Assembly (NCBI RefSeq): GCF_036321535.1
Contig: NC_087447.1
Span: 36,334,001 to 36,398,000 of the forward strand
Direction of reading: 5' to 3'
From: Camelus dromedarius
Lineage: Eukaryota
Length of the DNA stretch: 64,000 bases
The notes under the pieces were generated by a model. The model was not told the origin of the DNA. It made no database searches and saw nothing but the letters and a program-made list of their open reading frames with translations. Positions 12,389 through 25,705 of the stretch are shown here, one piece after another. Numbering within the stretch: the stretch's first letter is position 1; each line of letters begins with the position of its first letter. Position numbers and translations under genes: made by a program.

Positions 12389-13251
12389 GTATGCACCAGT
12401 TTTGCATAATCTTGGGCTGGGTGGTGTGGGATTTGTCATCCTGTCTTTCCGCTCTGTAGCCTAGTCTCATGTTAGTATTGAAAAACAGGTATTAATGTAT
12501 CCAGAACAGTGTCTTTGGGTTTAAAGGGTATTTTTTGTGGAGCTTCTATCTGAAACTGTATAGGGAGACCTCAGCATACTTATTTCAAGTACCACCTCCC
12601 TGACCTTAATACTGCCCTGGCCTGTCTCTCCTTGGAGGCCCTGTGAGGTGAGCCTGGGAGTGGAGGGCTCCACTGGCTTATTTGTGATGACCCTGGACCC
12701 CTAAACCCAAGGGAAGGGGGCTGCCTTGGAGAAGGTGGCCATAGTCATAACAGGGCTGGGGTTTTCACTTCCTAAGGCCCCTTTCCCCTTGAGATCTGGG
12801 AAATAGAAGAAGCAACTCTGGTGGGAGGGGAGAAGTGGTCTGGGGGCCACTGATGTTTAGTGTGAATTTTTTCTTTTCTGCATTTAAGTGGCATTATGTT
12901 TGTGGTACTCAAGGTTTCTATATAATACACTCTTTTTTCAAGAGCTTAGCAAGTTTTCCATCTGTTTGTTGGTTTAGCCTCATAGTTTGTCCCATAAGAA
13001 GTGGATGGCCTTTGGCCTACTAAATAGATGAGAAATCTGAGGTGCAAATTTGTTACGTCTTTGTCCCAGGAGTCCTCCCAGTGGGCAGAGTCAGAGCTGG
13101 AATCAGAGGCCCTGACTTTCAGGCCCCCATCTGGATCTTGGCCCTTCAGCCTCAGTTAGATCCAGCAGGTTTGTTTAGTTCCTGGCATGGTGGGGGAGTC
13201 TCAAGGGACTCCTGAACAATCCTCTTGCTCTTTGGCCCTGGTCTGATGCAG

Positions 13252-13401
13252 GATCAGCTAGAATCCGTGCTGGAGGTCTTGCACAGACAGATGGAACAGT
13301 ACCGAGACCAGCCCCAGCACCTGGAGAAGATTGCCTACCAGCAGAGGCTGCTGCAGGAGGACCTTGTCCACATCCGGGCAGAGCTCTCCAGAGAGTCCAC
13401 A
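13252..13401 (+). CDS. PLEKHA7: PLEKHA7 exon, coiled coil (DQLESVLEVL...RAELSREST)
   Basis: CAG/GTGCGT boundaries; 150 nt; inside ORF 13225..13470. Confidence 0.95.
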
Positions 13402-14012
13402 GTGCGTAGAGGGTGTGGAGGATGGCAGACACCCCCCTACCCTATCCGTTCCCTTCCCAGGATGGGCTAGCCAGGAGGCCACTTTTCTCATCTCCCAAGC
13501 TGTAGTTGAGTTGGTGGCCAGGGGTGAGAGTCTTGGAGTAGCAGAACTCCTCCAGGCTGCCTCCTGACTGTAGCTTACTTTGTCCAGGTTGACAAGTCTA
13601 TCTCTACTGGTGCCTTAAGCTGTTCTATCAGTGACTCCTGGATGGCTACAGTGACACCCAAAGGGTCAGATGTCTCAAAACAGCCTGCCATGTTGTTCCC
13701 CTGATCCGTGTGCAGTTAATTCTAAGATGTCAGAATTTCTGCTTTTTTATTTGTACATCTGATGTGATACAGGCCCTGTCTGCTGGAGCTGAGAACCAAA
13801 GCATCCTCAAGGGTGGGAGAGGGCACAGGGCAGGTGGCCAGGGTCAGAGCGTGAATGAGAAGACAACCCTATCTCTCTGCCCAGGCCTGCCTGGGGCTCG
13901 CTGGGCTCCCCTTCCCCTTCTCCCGGCTGGGGCAGCAGAGGGCAGGAGCACAGGTGCTTATGGGCCCTTCTGGGGGGCCACTGAGAATGAGAAGCACTTC
14001 CTTATCCCACAG

Positions 14013-14114
14013 GAGATGGAAAACGCCTGGAATGAATACCTGAAGCTGGAGAGAGATGTGGAGCAGCTGAAACAGACGCTGCAGGAGCAACACAGAAGAG
14101 CCTTTTTCTTCCAG
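14013..14114 (+). CDS. PLEKHA7: PLEKHA7 exon (EMENAWNEYL...RRAFFFQ)
   Basis: CAG/GTGACC boundaries; 102 nt. Confidence 0.95.
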
Positions 14115-15499
14115 GTGACCCAAGGTTTCTTCATCCCTTCTGAGCTCTGGTTTCTTCTGAGAGCCTACCCCTGTGGGGGCCCTTCACCACCCCAGGCTCT
14201 CCTCTGGGGAATCCTTCCCCCAGCCAGACAGTTGTGAGAAGCCTCACCTCAGCCCCCTCTGCCTCTCCGCTCTCAAAGACAAGGTCTTGGGTGTTTTTTT
14301 TTTTTTTTAAGAGGTTTTACTACTGATCATTTGTAGTACCATGCTGTACTGTACTGATCATTTGAGACTACTGTCTCCCTCAGAGGAGACACTACTACTG
14401 ACCTTAAGAACCTTACGGAGACTTGAGGGTCATCTGTCCTCTGTGGTTCTTGGCCTGGTCTTGGGGTCCTAGCTGCTCACTTAGCAGCAGGAAGCCCCGC
14501 CTCCTTCCCTCCCTGACTCCTGGGGATTGATGTCATTAAGCCCTCACCTGATCGGTGGTGTGAATTCACGTTCATCGAGGCGCTTCTGGTCTCAGGTGGC
14601 CATTCGCATTTCTGGAGGCCAGGCTGGGCGATGCCTGTGGCTGCAGCCCCTGCCTCGCTCAGGAGAGGCAGCCTTAGAGCCCTGCCTCCTCGACTTTAAA
14701 GCCAGGCCGCCCATTGATAGCTGCGTCTGACTCCAAAGGTGAGCGAGTGAAAGTCCTGTGTGGTTTTCCTTCTTGCGGCGGGTTGGGTCCTTCTGCTGTC
14801 AGTGTTCCCTCATTGGGGTGCCCAGCCAGGCTTCCACCCCACCCTCAAGATTTTGAAAATGGAAAATAACCCACTTTCAAACCCAACTTCAGATCCATGT
14901 CTCCTCTTTCAGGGCCCTGACATAAATTCAGTTTATTTGAATTCAGCAAGCATTGAGGCTTCTTGTGTACAGGGCCCTGTGCTGGGCCAGTTTAGGAGCT
15001 AGAGTTGCTAACTGATGAAGTAGCTCTAGCCAGCGCTCTTCACTGAAGTGATTTAATGAATGTGTTGACTATCTAGACACCAGCATCACCCCGAGAAAAG
15101 AGAAGGAATTCGAGAGGGGGTTTAGGTTTGTGGACCAGGAGGTTTTCCCAGGCGCTGCTATCCCTCCACTCACCACTTGGAGCTGGTCCCAGAGAGCCGG
15201 GTCCAGGACCACATGGAAGAGACTCTTGCCTGTGGCTAAGGTTGGCCTATGAGGTCACCCAGAACTTGTCTAGCTTCTGTAGCTGTTGTTTTTTCCCCAT
15301 AATTTGCCTTCATTTGAACTAACATTTTCCTCTTCTTTTTGAATCCCCAGCATTTAACATAGTGGCTTGAAATAAATAGATGAATATTGTTGGCAAAGTC
15401 CTTCAAACAGTTCTCTAGTTACTTGTTCCTTGAACTGTCCTGTCTCATAATATTTACCTTCTTGGACTTCAGTGATTCACATGAATTTCAGCAGTATTT

Positions 15500-16560
15500 T
15501 TTTTTTTTTTAGCTTTTCATTCCTTATGTTTCTTTAATCATACAAATAACACAAATGCATCTCTCTGAAAATTTTATACAATGAGAAGCAAAACCAAAAA
15601 AGGATGCAAAAGCTCCTCCTCCCTTCCTCTCTCTGCCCCAGTCCCATCGCCTTCCCTGTACGTAATCAGTGCCATCAGTTTGCAGCGTTGCCTTCCAGAT
15701 CATTTTCTACACATTTCCAAATGTATGTACATACATAGTATCATATAATTTATTTGCGGGTGGGAGTTGGATTTACTTAAAGAGGAATCATACTTTCACA
15801 TTATTTGATAACCCACTTTTTTGTCATAACTTTGTTATGGGAATCTTTCCAGGAAAGATACCCCCAAGCTTATTCTGCCTACAACAATAGCTATTTAAAT
15901 TTAAACAGAAATTAATTTAAATTAACCAAAATTAAAAATATATTTCTTAATCACACTAGAATCATTTCATGTGTTCAGTGGCCATATGTGGCTAGTGGCT
16001 TCTATATTGGACAGCACAGATTGTAGAAAATTTCCATAATTTCAGAAATTGTGTTGGACATTGTTGGTCTGAGTCAATGAGATTAGTTTTTAACTGCTAC
16101 GTAGTATTTCGTAGTCTGGATACTCCATACTTTTATTTAGCCATTCCTCCTCTATAGGCATGTAAGTTATTTGCAGTGATTTGCTTTTATAATCAGTGTC
16201 ACAATGAGCATTTATGTAACTGCCTTTTTAAGCTTGTTTATAAGCATCATTCTAAGATAGGCTCCTAGGAGTGGACTTGTTGGGTTGAAATGAGTGTGCA
16301 TGTTAAATGTTGACAGATACTGCCAGATCCCTCTCTGCAGGGCTGCACTCATTTGCCCTTCCACTCCAGTGCATGAGAGCACTGAACCTGTTTACCCACA
16401 TCCTTGCCAGCACTTGATGTTATCAGTGTTTTTAGCTTTTGCCAGCTTGCCTGCTAAAAAAGGACATCTTGTTTTAATTTGCGTATATTTGAATACTAGT
16501 AGGTTACACATCTTTTCATATGATTATTGGCTATTTGTATTTCTATTGTGCCTTATTTAA
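15500..16560 (-). mobile_element. Old L1M fragment with a nested MER3/MER33-type DNA element (~15885-16070)
   Basis: L1 3' region motifs; GCCATATGTGGCTAGTGGC...ATTGGACAGC MER3 motif. Confidence 0.65.
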
Positions 16561-18039
16561 CAATGATTTAATGTACAGCAGGTCCACAGTCCTTCTTTCC
16601 CCTCCAAAAACCAAATAGGTCTTGTCACAGACTTCTAGAGAACCTAGCCCTGTTAGTTACTAGGAGACAGGCCAATTTGAAGCCTGGTTCCTGCAGCTCT
16701 GTTTCCACCCAGCCTAGTGGCATTGCCCAGGCTTTACCTGGGTGTCACAGTGACCTGGGAAGCTCACAAAGCCCTTCTTTGAGCAGGCTCCATGCTAACT
16801 TCTTTGGTGTAATTCTAGGCCAGACAAGCTGTTAGAGTCCTGAATAAATCATTGACACCGGAGACAGGCTTGCAGCCCCAGATGCAAATTCTTAGTAATG
16901 GGGCTGGGAAACTCGCTTCTCTTTAGCCAGGTTTGGCTGTGAGAAAATCCATGGCCTTTTTGGTAAAGATGAGTAGCTTTATTTATGAAGATCCTCATGG
17001 CCACTAGGCAGGGAAACCGGAGGATAAAAGAACTTCCAGGGAACTGTGAGAGTCAGTAATAGGTGAGGCAACCTATAGGTGTCCCTGCTTCTGGACAATG
17101 AGTTCAAGCCTTTGCTGAATGTGGAACATAGGAGCCTTCCTGCACAGTGTGATGTGAGGATAGAGGGGTGAAACCCCACCTTTGTGCTCCCCAAAAGCTT
17201 CATTCACCTTGTCATTAAGTTCTGAAATTCCATTGTCTTTGGGGAGAGATAGAAGTTCTCTGGCCTTTGCTCCTCTCTGCTCTTCTTTTACATGTCGGGG
17301 TGACAGGCAAAACGGGGGCAGCATTGTGAACTTACAGAAGTAGGCCAGGTAGACGGCCAGGGAGGAGAGAGATGACTTAAGCCTCAGGCTCGTCCTTCAC
17401 CTGTTCCCAACACTCTGCTCAGGGACCTCAGCTCTAGAGATAGTCCCGTTTGCCCAGGCGTACATCTGTCCTAGGACACTTGCACTTCAGTGCGGAGCTG
17501 AGCATCAAGCCTTATATTTGCTTACAGCCCTGAGGACATGCACTGGCGTTGGAAGGGTGGGGAGAGTATGAGAGTGTGAGCCCCTTCGAGGAGGGAGGCC
17601 TCAGACGTCTGTTGTCACAGCTGTTGGTCAGTATTTGATCAAGGAACTTTATGTGGTTGGTCCTTTATTTATTCAGCATCACGTACTGAGAATCTGCTCC
17701 GTACCCAGCCCTGTGGGGATGTATCCAGGAGCAGTGGTCTAGGTGCAGGATCGGGCAGATCCGTAAATAACGCACGTGTGAGAACTCTTCCAATTAAGGG
17801 TGGCCAGGTGCCCTCAGAGGAGACAGGGGAGTGGAGCCTTCCTTTTTAAGTCCATGGGGTGGGACCGTGATAATTTTAAAATTAGAAGAATACCATATCT
17901 GATGTTTAAACAACTCAATTAAAAGATACCTGCGACCCCTGCTCACGTCTTTCTAGGGCCTCTTCCCAGGTGGTTTTGGTTGTAACTTTCAAAGTGAGGT
18001 CACATAGCCTGGCTCTTCTTCCCTTGTGCTTTAAAAAAA

Positions 18040-18420
18040 TAACAGCTTTATCATGTAATTCACATACCACAAAATTCACTATTTTAAAGTGAATTAAATT
18101 TAAATGCAGTGATTTTTACTACATTCACAGAGTTGTGTGACCATCCCCAACAATTAATTGTATAACATCTTCATCATGCCCAGAAAGAAACTCAGTACCC
18201 AGTAACAACCACGCCCCATTCCCACCCCAGCTCTCAACGCCTGCTCTAGCCGAGCACTAATCGAATTTTGTCTTTATGGATTTACCTATACTGGGCGTTT
18301 CATATAAATGAGGTCATACAATATGTGGAATTTTGTGTCTGGCGTCTTTCACGTGACATAATGTTTGCAAGGTTCATCCATGTTGTAGCACATATATTCA
18401 TTCCTTTTTGCTGCCAGGTA
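18040..18420 (-). mobile_element. L1MB-type 3' end fragment
   Basis: TTCACATACCACAAAATTCAC...CATATAAATGAGGTCATACAATATGTGG. Confidence 0.75.
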
Positions 18421-18556
18421 CTATCCACTGCCCATGTACTCTTAACTAAACCCCCAGATCCCAGGATAGATGCTCTTTATATCCTGGGGATAGTGTAACC
18501 TCTAGTCCTTGCCTTTTCTTCCCTTCTGCCGTGGTTGCCTAAGACAGTCTGTTTTT

Positions 18557-18816
18557 TAAATCGTAAAATACACATAAAATAAAAATTACAACCTTCACCA
18601 TTTTTAAGTGTACAGTTTGGTAGTGTTAAGTGTAGTCACGTTATTATACACCCACATCTCCAGAAATTTTTTCATCTCGCAAAATTGCAACTCTGGACGC
18701 ATTAAACAACTGTCCCAGTCCCTTGTCTCCCCAGCCGCTGGCAACCACCTTTCTACTTTCTGTTTCTGAATTTGGCTACTCTGGATAACCTCGTATAAGT
18801 GGAATCATACAGTATT
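18557..18816 (-). mobile_element. L1MB-type 3' end fragment with an intact TSD
   Basis: Perfect 17-bp duplication TAAGACAGTCTGTTTTT at 18540-18556 and 18817-18833. Confidence 0.8.
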
Positions 18817-19056
18817 TAAGACAGTCTGTTTTTAAATTAGGTGAACAGGTGAGCGCTCCTCTGAAATCTCTCCCCTGGACCTCGGGCATCTTCCACGCCT
18901 GCACTTCCCCAGGGAGCTGCGAAGCAGGCATGGTTATAGCCCCGGTGGGATTTCCAAAGGGGATACTGACCCCCAGGGTCAGGGGCTCTGTCTGAAATGA
19001 CAGCATTCTGGTAAGGAGCTAAAAAGGAAATGAACAACTGGCCTCATCTTCCTCAG

Positions 19057-19165
19057 GAGAAATCGCAGATACAGAAGGATCTCTGGAGGATTGAAGATGT
19101 CATTGCAGGCCTGAGTGCAAATAAAGAGAACTTTAGAATCCTGGTGGAATCGGTCAAAAATCCGG
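19057..19165 (+). CDS. PLEKHA7: PLEKHA7 exon (EKSQIQKDLW...VESVKNP)
   Basis: CAG/GTGAGC boundaries; 109 nt, phase 0/1. Confidence 0.95.
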
Positions 19166-19331
19166 GTGAGCGGGCCATCTTCCCGGGGGTGAGGGTGTTG
19201 GAGGCCAGCACCCAGGGATGTGGGATGGCCCCTGGGAATGTTGGATCTTCATGGCGTAAATCACTCCTGTGTCCTCCGAGGAAGAGGGTCTTTGTTCCAT
19301 CGCACCCTTTGCTTCCCTCCGTGCCCCTCAG

Positions 19332-19558
19332 AGAGAAAAACGGTGCCTTTGCTTCCTCACCTGCCTGTGCCTTCACTCTCGACTTCTGAGAGCAAGCCGC
19401 CCGCGCAGCCCAGCCCTCCCACCAGCCCAGTGCGGACCCCTCTGGAGGTTCGACTGTTCCCCCAGCTGCAAACCTACGTGCCGTACCGACCTCACCCGCC
19501 CCAGCTGAGGAAGGTGACGTCCCCCCTGCACTCACCAACCAAGACGAAGCCCAAAGTT
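19332..19558 (+). CDS. PLEKHA7: PLEKHA7 exon, proline-rich (ERKTVPLLP...KTKPKV)
   Basis: CAG/GTGAGT boundaries; 227 nt, phase 1/0, fits neighbouring exons. Confidence 0.95.
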
Positions 19559-21280
19559 GTGAGTATTGACGACCAGGAGCCGAGCACGATCGTTTCCTTT
19601 CTGGTGGATGATTGTTCCTCTCTGTCCTCAGGTCAGCTTCTCTTGGGAGAGAAGCTTTTTAGGAAACTTGGGGAGACAGAACCAGGCAGAGTCCTGAGGG
19701 GTTCCTGAGCTGTGAGCACTTAAGGAGTGATGGGGGCCCTGCTGTTGTGCTTAGTCTCTCTGAGCTAGAAGGGCCCTGAGAGGTGGTCTAGCCCAGCCCT
19801 CCCCATTTACAGCTGAGAGGGCTGAGGCCAAGTAAGAGGAAGTGACTGCACTGAGCAGGGCGGAATTTGTGATCTGCATCGTGCAGGGAGGTGTGTGCCT
19901 GCCCTGTGCAGGGCTTCGTGCATATCTGCAGTTACATAAGCCTGTGGGCAGTGAGTGCATCTCAGCAGAAGAGCGTCCTTATCTTCACCTGTAGCTGAGC
20001 ACCGTGCTGGGTTGTGAGGATGCACGTGATCTTCACAACAGCATCATGGAGTAGAGGCAGGAAGGGCAGTATCCCCATCCCACAGACAAGAGAACTGAGG
20101 TCTTACAGTGTTAACATTTGCATAAGGTCTCCATGCTAGTGGATCCAATCCGCATTTCCCGGCCATTCTTTGTACCATCTGACGTCTAATTAGACATTCA
20201 GCCCTGGTCCTCAGGTCAGGCCTGTGGCCCATGAGGTTGCCGAGGCCAGCACCTTGGCTTGCCTGACATGGAGAAGGGCCAAGCCCTTGGCCAAATCTGG
20301 GAGCACAGGAGGCTCTAAGGAAATAGAAGGCATGGTCCAGGCTCATGTCTCCAGGGCCAGGCCAGCCTTGGCTGGGAAAAACGAGGGGCCTGGTCCAAGT
20401 GACAGGGGAGCTATGGCAAAGGGGACCTTGGAATGGGGCCTCCAGGTTTTTGCCAACAAGGGCTTGGAGGAGCTTTGCCTGGGCACCGTGTGTGTTTAGG
20501 ACGTCTGACGAGATCGGTGCACAGTGCTGGCTGAAACACACAAGTTCCCGTACCTGGTCCTCACTGTTCACCTGCTTCCAGCCACAGCCCAGGGCCCAGA
20601 GCTAGAAGACAGGTGCTGGGACCCAGGGTCATTGTGAATTTCTTCATCCTGAGATCTCCTTCCCAGTGCCAGATCAAAGAGTCATGGAGCACCAGCCACC
20701 AAATAGGAGGTAGAAAATAGCAAAACAAATAGAAGGAATGACTGGGGCAGACGGCTGCTGCCAGCTGGGACGAGGAGCAAAGGGAAACAAGCAGGGCTGC
20801 CTGGATCGCAGCCATTGTCTCTCTCTGGGTCCTCAGACAGGACCCATCTCCTCTCTCAGCTTCTTCAGTTTCCCCTTATGCAGAACAGGCAGCTTGAAAT
20901 AGACGATCATGGAGATTCCTCTTCAGAGCTTAGTCTCTGTGGCTTCGAGCCAGGGCTTTTCAACTTGGTTGAACAACAGGGTTACCAAGGAGGGGGACAG
21001 GATCTTTTCTCCCCTCCTAGTACTGTATGTGTGTTCATTTTTTAAATTGTTGGTTGCTTGTTTTATATTTATATTTGTGAAATAATGATATGCATCCTGA
21101 AATTGACATAAAGCATGAATATATAATTTAGCAAATAGTAATAGAGACCACTTACATTGTACCAACACCCAGACCAAGAAATAGAACTTTTCTAGCAACC
21201 AGAAGCCCTTGGAGCCTGTGGGGCCCTTCTCAGTGCAGGCCCTTTCTCTTTCTGCCAGAGGTGCATATAAGCTGTAGTCC

Positions 21281-21430
21281 TTTTTTTTTTTTTTTTTTTT
21301 AATTTTTAACTGAAATATAGTCAGTTTATAATGTTGTGTTAATTTCTGATGTATAGCATAGTGATTCAGTTATACATATATATTCATTTTCATAATAGGC
21401 TGTTACAAGATATTGAATATGGTTCCCTGT
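21281..21430 (-). mobile_element. Young 5'-truncated LINE-1 3' end with poly(A) tail
   Basis: T20 tract plus L1 3' UTR sequence related to 56620-56770; flanking near-duplicate GTGCATATA(A)GCTGTAGT at 21261 and 21429. Confidence 0.85.
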
Positions 21431-22584
21431 GCATATAGCTGTAGTTCTTTCATTTTGTTTGGTTTCTCTTGTATTTAATGTCATTTATGTTTTTATTAGA
21501 CAATATCCTGAAAGGGTGCAAAATAAAAGGATATAAAAAGTATGTAAAATGTCTCCCTCCCAGCCTCTATCGTGAGACATTCTATTGCCTTCAATGAAAG
21601 GCAATCAGAGGTTTGTGTGTATCTTTCTGTGGGGCTTTTTACAAATTGGTGATTCTGAGATCTTGTCAGGGTTGGAAATTACTGATGCTCAGAGAGCCTA
21701 TGGGTATCTTGGGTAGGCGGTTTAAACTTCTCACAACAATGAAATGTGTTGCTTTAAAAGAATGCTGATAAACCTTTGCCAAACAAGCTTGCAGAACCCT
21801 TCCCTGAATTCTGAAAATTTCTGAAAAACAAAGCAAAATTAGACCAAGAAAAGGGGCGTTTAGGAGGAAGGAGTCTTGATGGTCATTTGTCCCAGAAGTG
21901 GGTGTTCATGGCAGCCGGGGGCCAGGCTGTCGGTCTGTAGAGAAGCCACAGCCTTGAGAGAGCACTGTGGACCGGGGATTCAAGGAAAATAGTTACATTC
22001 ATCACAGTGCAGGGAGTGGGCTGCAGGGAAGGCAGTGAGTCACCCATCTCGACTGCCTATTCAGTGCCTGCGTCAGGAAGGAGGAAATATTTTGTAACCA
22101 TGCACATTTTTGATAGAAAGGGCAGGAGGATGTCGACTGTCCTTGCTCAGATCCCCCCGCCTGCTGGAGGGAGGACGCAGAGACTGTGCAGGGACAGTGA
22201 GCCAGCTCAGTCTGAGCACCGGGGGTCGGGTGGAGGTGGTGGGGTGCTGCCATAAACATACAAATAAGTGCAGTTACCAGCCTGCTTCCCCTTATGGTGC
22301 ACCCTGAACAGTGGAGGGAGAGCATGGACCCAGGAGACTGGGTTCTGAATTGTGTATAGTCAACGCTCTGAAACACACAAGATGTGTAAATCAGGGAAGG
22401 ATGGGGTTGGAGCAGAGGCATGCTCACGGCTCAACCCTCAGCAGGGGAAGTGTTGGCATCTTTGTGCTGAGGTGCTTATGCTCTGTAGGCCAAGGCGGCC
22501 AGCTCTGGCCGTTTGGGCCACCACTGTGATGGCGCCCCTCAGCATCCTCTCACTGGCACTCATTTGGGGTTTTCTCCTGAGCAG

Positions 22585-22773
22585 GATGACGAGGCTCCTC
22601 CCAGGCCCCCACTGCCTGAGCTCTACAGCCCGGAGGACCAGCCCCCAGCCGTGCCCCCTCTGCCGAGGGAGGCCACCATCATCCGGCACACTTCAGTGAG
22701 GGGCCTCAAGCGGCAGTCAGACGAGAGGAAGCGAGACCGGGAGCAGGGGCAGTGTGTGAACGGGGACTCGAGG
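22585..22773 (+). CDS. PLEKHA7: PLEKHA7 exon (DDEAPPRPPLP...VNGDSR)
   Basis: CAG/GTGAGC boundaries; 189 nt. Confidence 0.93.
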
Positions 22774-22872
22774 GTGAGCAGGCAGGGCCCCAGGGGTCGC
22801 CCCGCTGTGTGTGGGGAGAGGGAAGGTGGCCTGACACCGGGCAGGTATGACAGCCTCAGGCTCTGCCCGCAG

Positions 22873-22990
22873 GTGGAGCTGCGGTCATATGTCAGTGAGC
22901 CTGAGCTGGCGACCTTCAGTGGGGACATGGCCCCGCCCTCCCTGGGACTCGTGGGCCCCGAGAGCAGGTACCAGACGCTGCCAGGCAGAG
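22873..22990 (+). CDS. PLEKHA7: PLEKHA7 exon (VELRSYVSEPEL...YQTLPGR)
   Basis: CAG/GTAAGG boundaries; 118 nt, phase 0/1. Confidence 0.95.
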
Positions 22991-24875
22991 GTAAGGCAGG
23001 ACTCTCCATGGAGTCTTTCTGGGAACCCCGCCACTACCACACCACTGCTTCCCAGCCCTCACCCGGTCCTCACACCCTTCTCTATGGCGTTGGGCCTTGG
23101 TGTGACTAGCAGCTGTCACAGTCTCTGGGATGTAGGGAGGGCCTGTCCTTCCTTCCTCTGGTTCACATCCTGATTCTCTTCCTCTTTTATTACAGCTGGC
23201 CCCGGGAACAATGATAATAGAAATTACTTGTAAAGCCCAGCATTCTATTCACTTAGTTAAGATTCATGATAATCCTAGAGAAAAGTACTGTTATTATCCC
23301 CATTTTAGTGATAAGAAAACTAAGGCCTAGAAAAATTAAATGACTTGCCAATTAGCCAATAAGGAATGGAGCCAGAATACAAGCCCAGCATTCCTGCAGG
23401 CTGGGATGTTGGGTGACTGCCATCAGCGTGGCCATCTCAGGCCTTCTGGAGGGTTTTCTCCTCTTCTGTGCCACTCCAAGACTCAATGAGTCCTTTCTTT
23501 AAACCAGCACACCCTTCTCCTCAGTTGACCCCCTTCTCACTCCCTTCCTCTGTCCCTTCGAGAAAGGGGTGGGAACAGACTTGGGCCCTTAGACTCATCC
23601 ATTTTCCCCACAGCCAGAGCCTCTTCCTCAGAATTCCTTTTAAAGGGAGGACACCAGACATCTCTGTACCTGGGCCTCCTGGAACCCCTGAGCAGGCTGA
23701 CCACACTCCCTCATTGCTCCTCACCTGATCCTCCTGTCTGCTCCCTACGGGGGAGGTCAGGTGCTTTCCCCCGTTGGCTGTATGTGGAGGCGGGAGGCCA
23801 CACAGCCGCAGGTCGGGCACCTGTGGGGTTATGTGACTTCCAGCCCACCATGCTGTCTAGGCTTGCTGTGGCCTGCCCTGGTCCCTGGAGGTGGTGGGCT
23901 CTGACTTCTGCTGAGTTGGGCCACAGCAACCCTTGGTGTTATGCCCAGGAATGCTGTCCCCTTCATTCATCACAGTCTAGTGGTGATCATCAGTGCAGCA
24001 TTAGTGGCATGTGGGACAGGATGGTTCTTTGTTGCTTAAGGTTCTCTGGGCATTGCAGGACATTTGTCAGTCTTCTTCCCATGTGCTGAATACTAGTGGT
24101 GTCCTCAGTCAGTGTGATGCCCATTTCTGGATGGCAGGGACCACCCTTGGTAAGAATGCCACTAGTGGAGAAAGCGCAGGCTGTGGCTTCACGTGACCTT
24201 GGACAAGTTGCTTAACCTCTCTGAGCTTTAGATTGCACACCTCTGTGTTGTTAGGCAGTGCTACCTGGTAGGGCCAGTGGGACAAAATCTATATGAAACA
24301 CCTGGCGCCATGCCTGCCTGCTGTACAGGAGGTACTCTGTGCTCAGTGCTTTCTTCTTTCCCTTCTTCATTTGTTCATATATTCAGTCAGTCAGTCAACC
24401 TGGCAGTGTTGAATCTGCAATCTGATTAGACATATGTTGACTCTGTGGTTAGTGCAGCAACCAGTGAATATACTGAAGGATGTGGGGAAATAACTGATTC
24501 TGCCTGGGGCATTTGAAAAGGCTTCTCACAGACAAGGCACTCAGGTTGGGTCATGCAGGATTCATAGGAGTTCATCAGGAAAAAGGGATGCAGGGCATTC
24601 CTCGACCTCTATCCTTTCCTTTTGCCAAGTAGCCCAGGTCTCCTGCATGTGAGGGAAGACTAGGGTAGTCCACAGATCTCTAGGGACAGAGGGCACCCAA
24701 GGGCTGGCCCTCATTCCCTACCTGGGGACTTGCTTTTCCAGGTCCTGGGCAGGAAGGAGAGCAGATTGTTGGTTAGGTCCTTGTGGTCCCCTCACAGGAG
24801 TGGGAGGTGACTGGGGAGGGGCTGGTGGTCTGTCCTCCTCATCACAAATCCATTTGCATGTCTTTCCTCACTAAG

Positions 24876-24979
24876 GGCTCTCAGGGTCCACGTCGAGGCT
24901 CCAGCAGTCGTCCACCATTGCTCCCTACGTCACACTCCGGAGGGGCCTAGATGCCGAAAGCAGCAAGGTGACCTACCCT
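24876..24979 (+). CDS. PLEKHA7: PLEKHA7 exon (GLSGSTSRLQQSSTIAPYVTLRRGLDAESSKVTYP)
   Basis: AAG/GTGAGT boundaries; 104 nt, phase 1/0. Confidence 0.93.
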
Positions 24980-25495
24980 GTGAGTGGCCTTGAGAAATTC
25001 TCGAGGGGCTCACTGCTCCCTCATGCACAGAGGGAAGGGCTCCGAGGTGGACAGTGACTGGAGATCGTATGAAGTGACCTCAGCCCTTCCTGAGCTCAGA
25101 GTCCCTGTCACCTTGTGCTCATGACACTCTCCCTACTGCCCACCAAGAAGGGCATCACACTGCCCTCTCCATTGCCCAGAGTTCCCCCACCTTTCTCTCT
25201 AGTCTGTGAGGCTCGCCCAGGAAGTCTACACCCTGAGTTCTGGCCCATCATGTGCTGCATGTGTGCCCGACTGGACAGGCCTGGGCCTCAGTGTCACATC
25301 TGCAGCTGGGGCACTGCCCTGAGAGCCCGTGAGGGCCAAGGGTATCATGTCCATGAGTGTGCTTAGCAGAAGTGGTTCTCAGTGGCCAAGTGGAGCCCAC
25401 TGTGCGTGTGAATATGTATGTGAGAGAGAGAGAGGGTGCTGCCTAGTGTGTTCCCAGCCCAGCTGCCCTTCCGTCTCTCACCCTCCTGCCCTCAG

Positions 25496-25705
25496 AGACC
25501 CAAGAGTGCCTTGGAGCGCCTGTACTCAGGGGACCACCAGCGGGGCAAGATGAGTGCGGAGGAGCAGCTCGAGCGCATGAAGAGGCACCAGAAGGCACTG
25601 GTCCGGGAGCGCAAGAGGACGCTGAGCCAAGGAGAGAGGGCGGGGCTGCCCTCGTCCCGCTACCTCAGCCACCCGCTCCCCGGAGACCTCGGCTCAGTAT
25701 GTTAG
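25496..25705 (+). CDS. PLEKHA7: PLEKHA7 composite exon (RPKSALERLY...PGDLGS): splices at 25696 for long isoforms, or reads through to -VC* (stop 25703-25705) for the short isoform
   Basis: CAG acceptor; the donor TCA|GTATGT overlaps GTA TGT TAG; the recalled human canonical protein ends in GDLGSVC. Confidence 0.93.
   Translation, partial: RPKSALERLYSGDHQRGKMSAEEQLERMKRHQKALVRERKRTLSQGERAGLPSSRYLSHPLPGDLGSVC

Noticed and set aside
14596..14738. Possible extra PLEKHA7 exon (CAG acceptor, AAG|GTGAGC donor)
   Set aside because: 143 nt with an in-frame stop and no family similarity. It could be a non-coding or poison exon, but the sequence alone cannot support that.
22579..22584. NAGNAG tandem acceptor adding Gln
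   Set aside because: The upstream triplet is GAG, which is rarely used as an acceptor.
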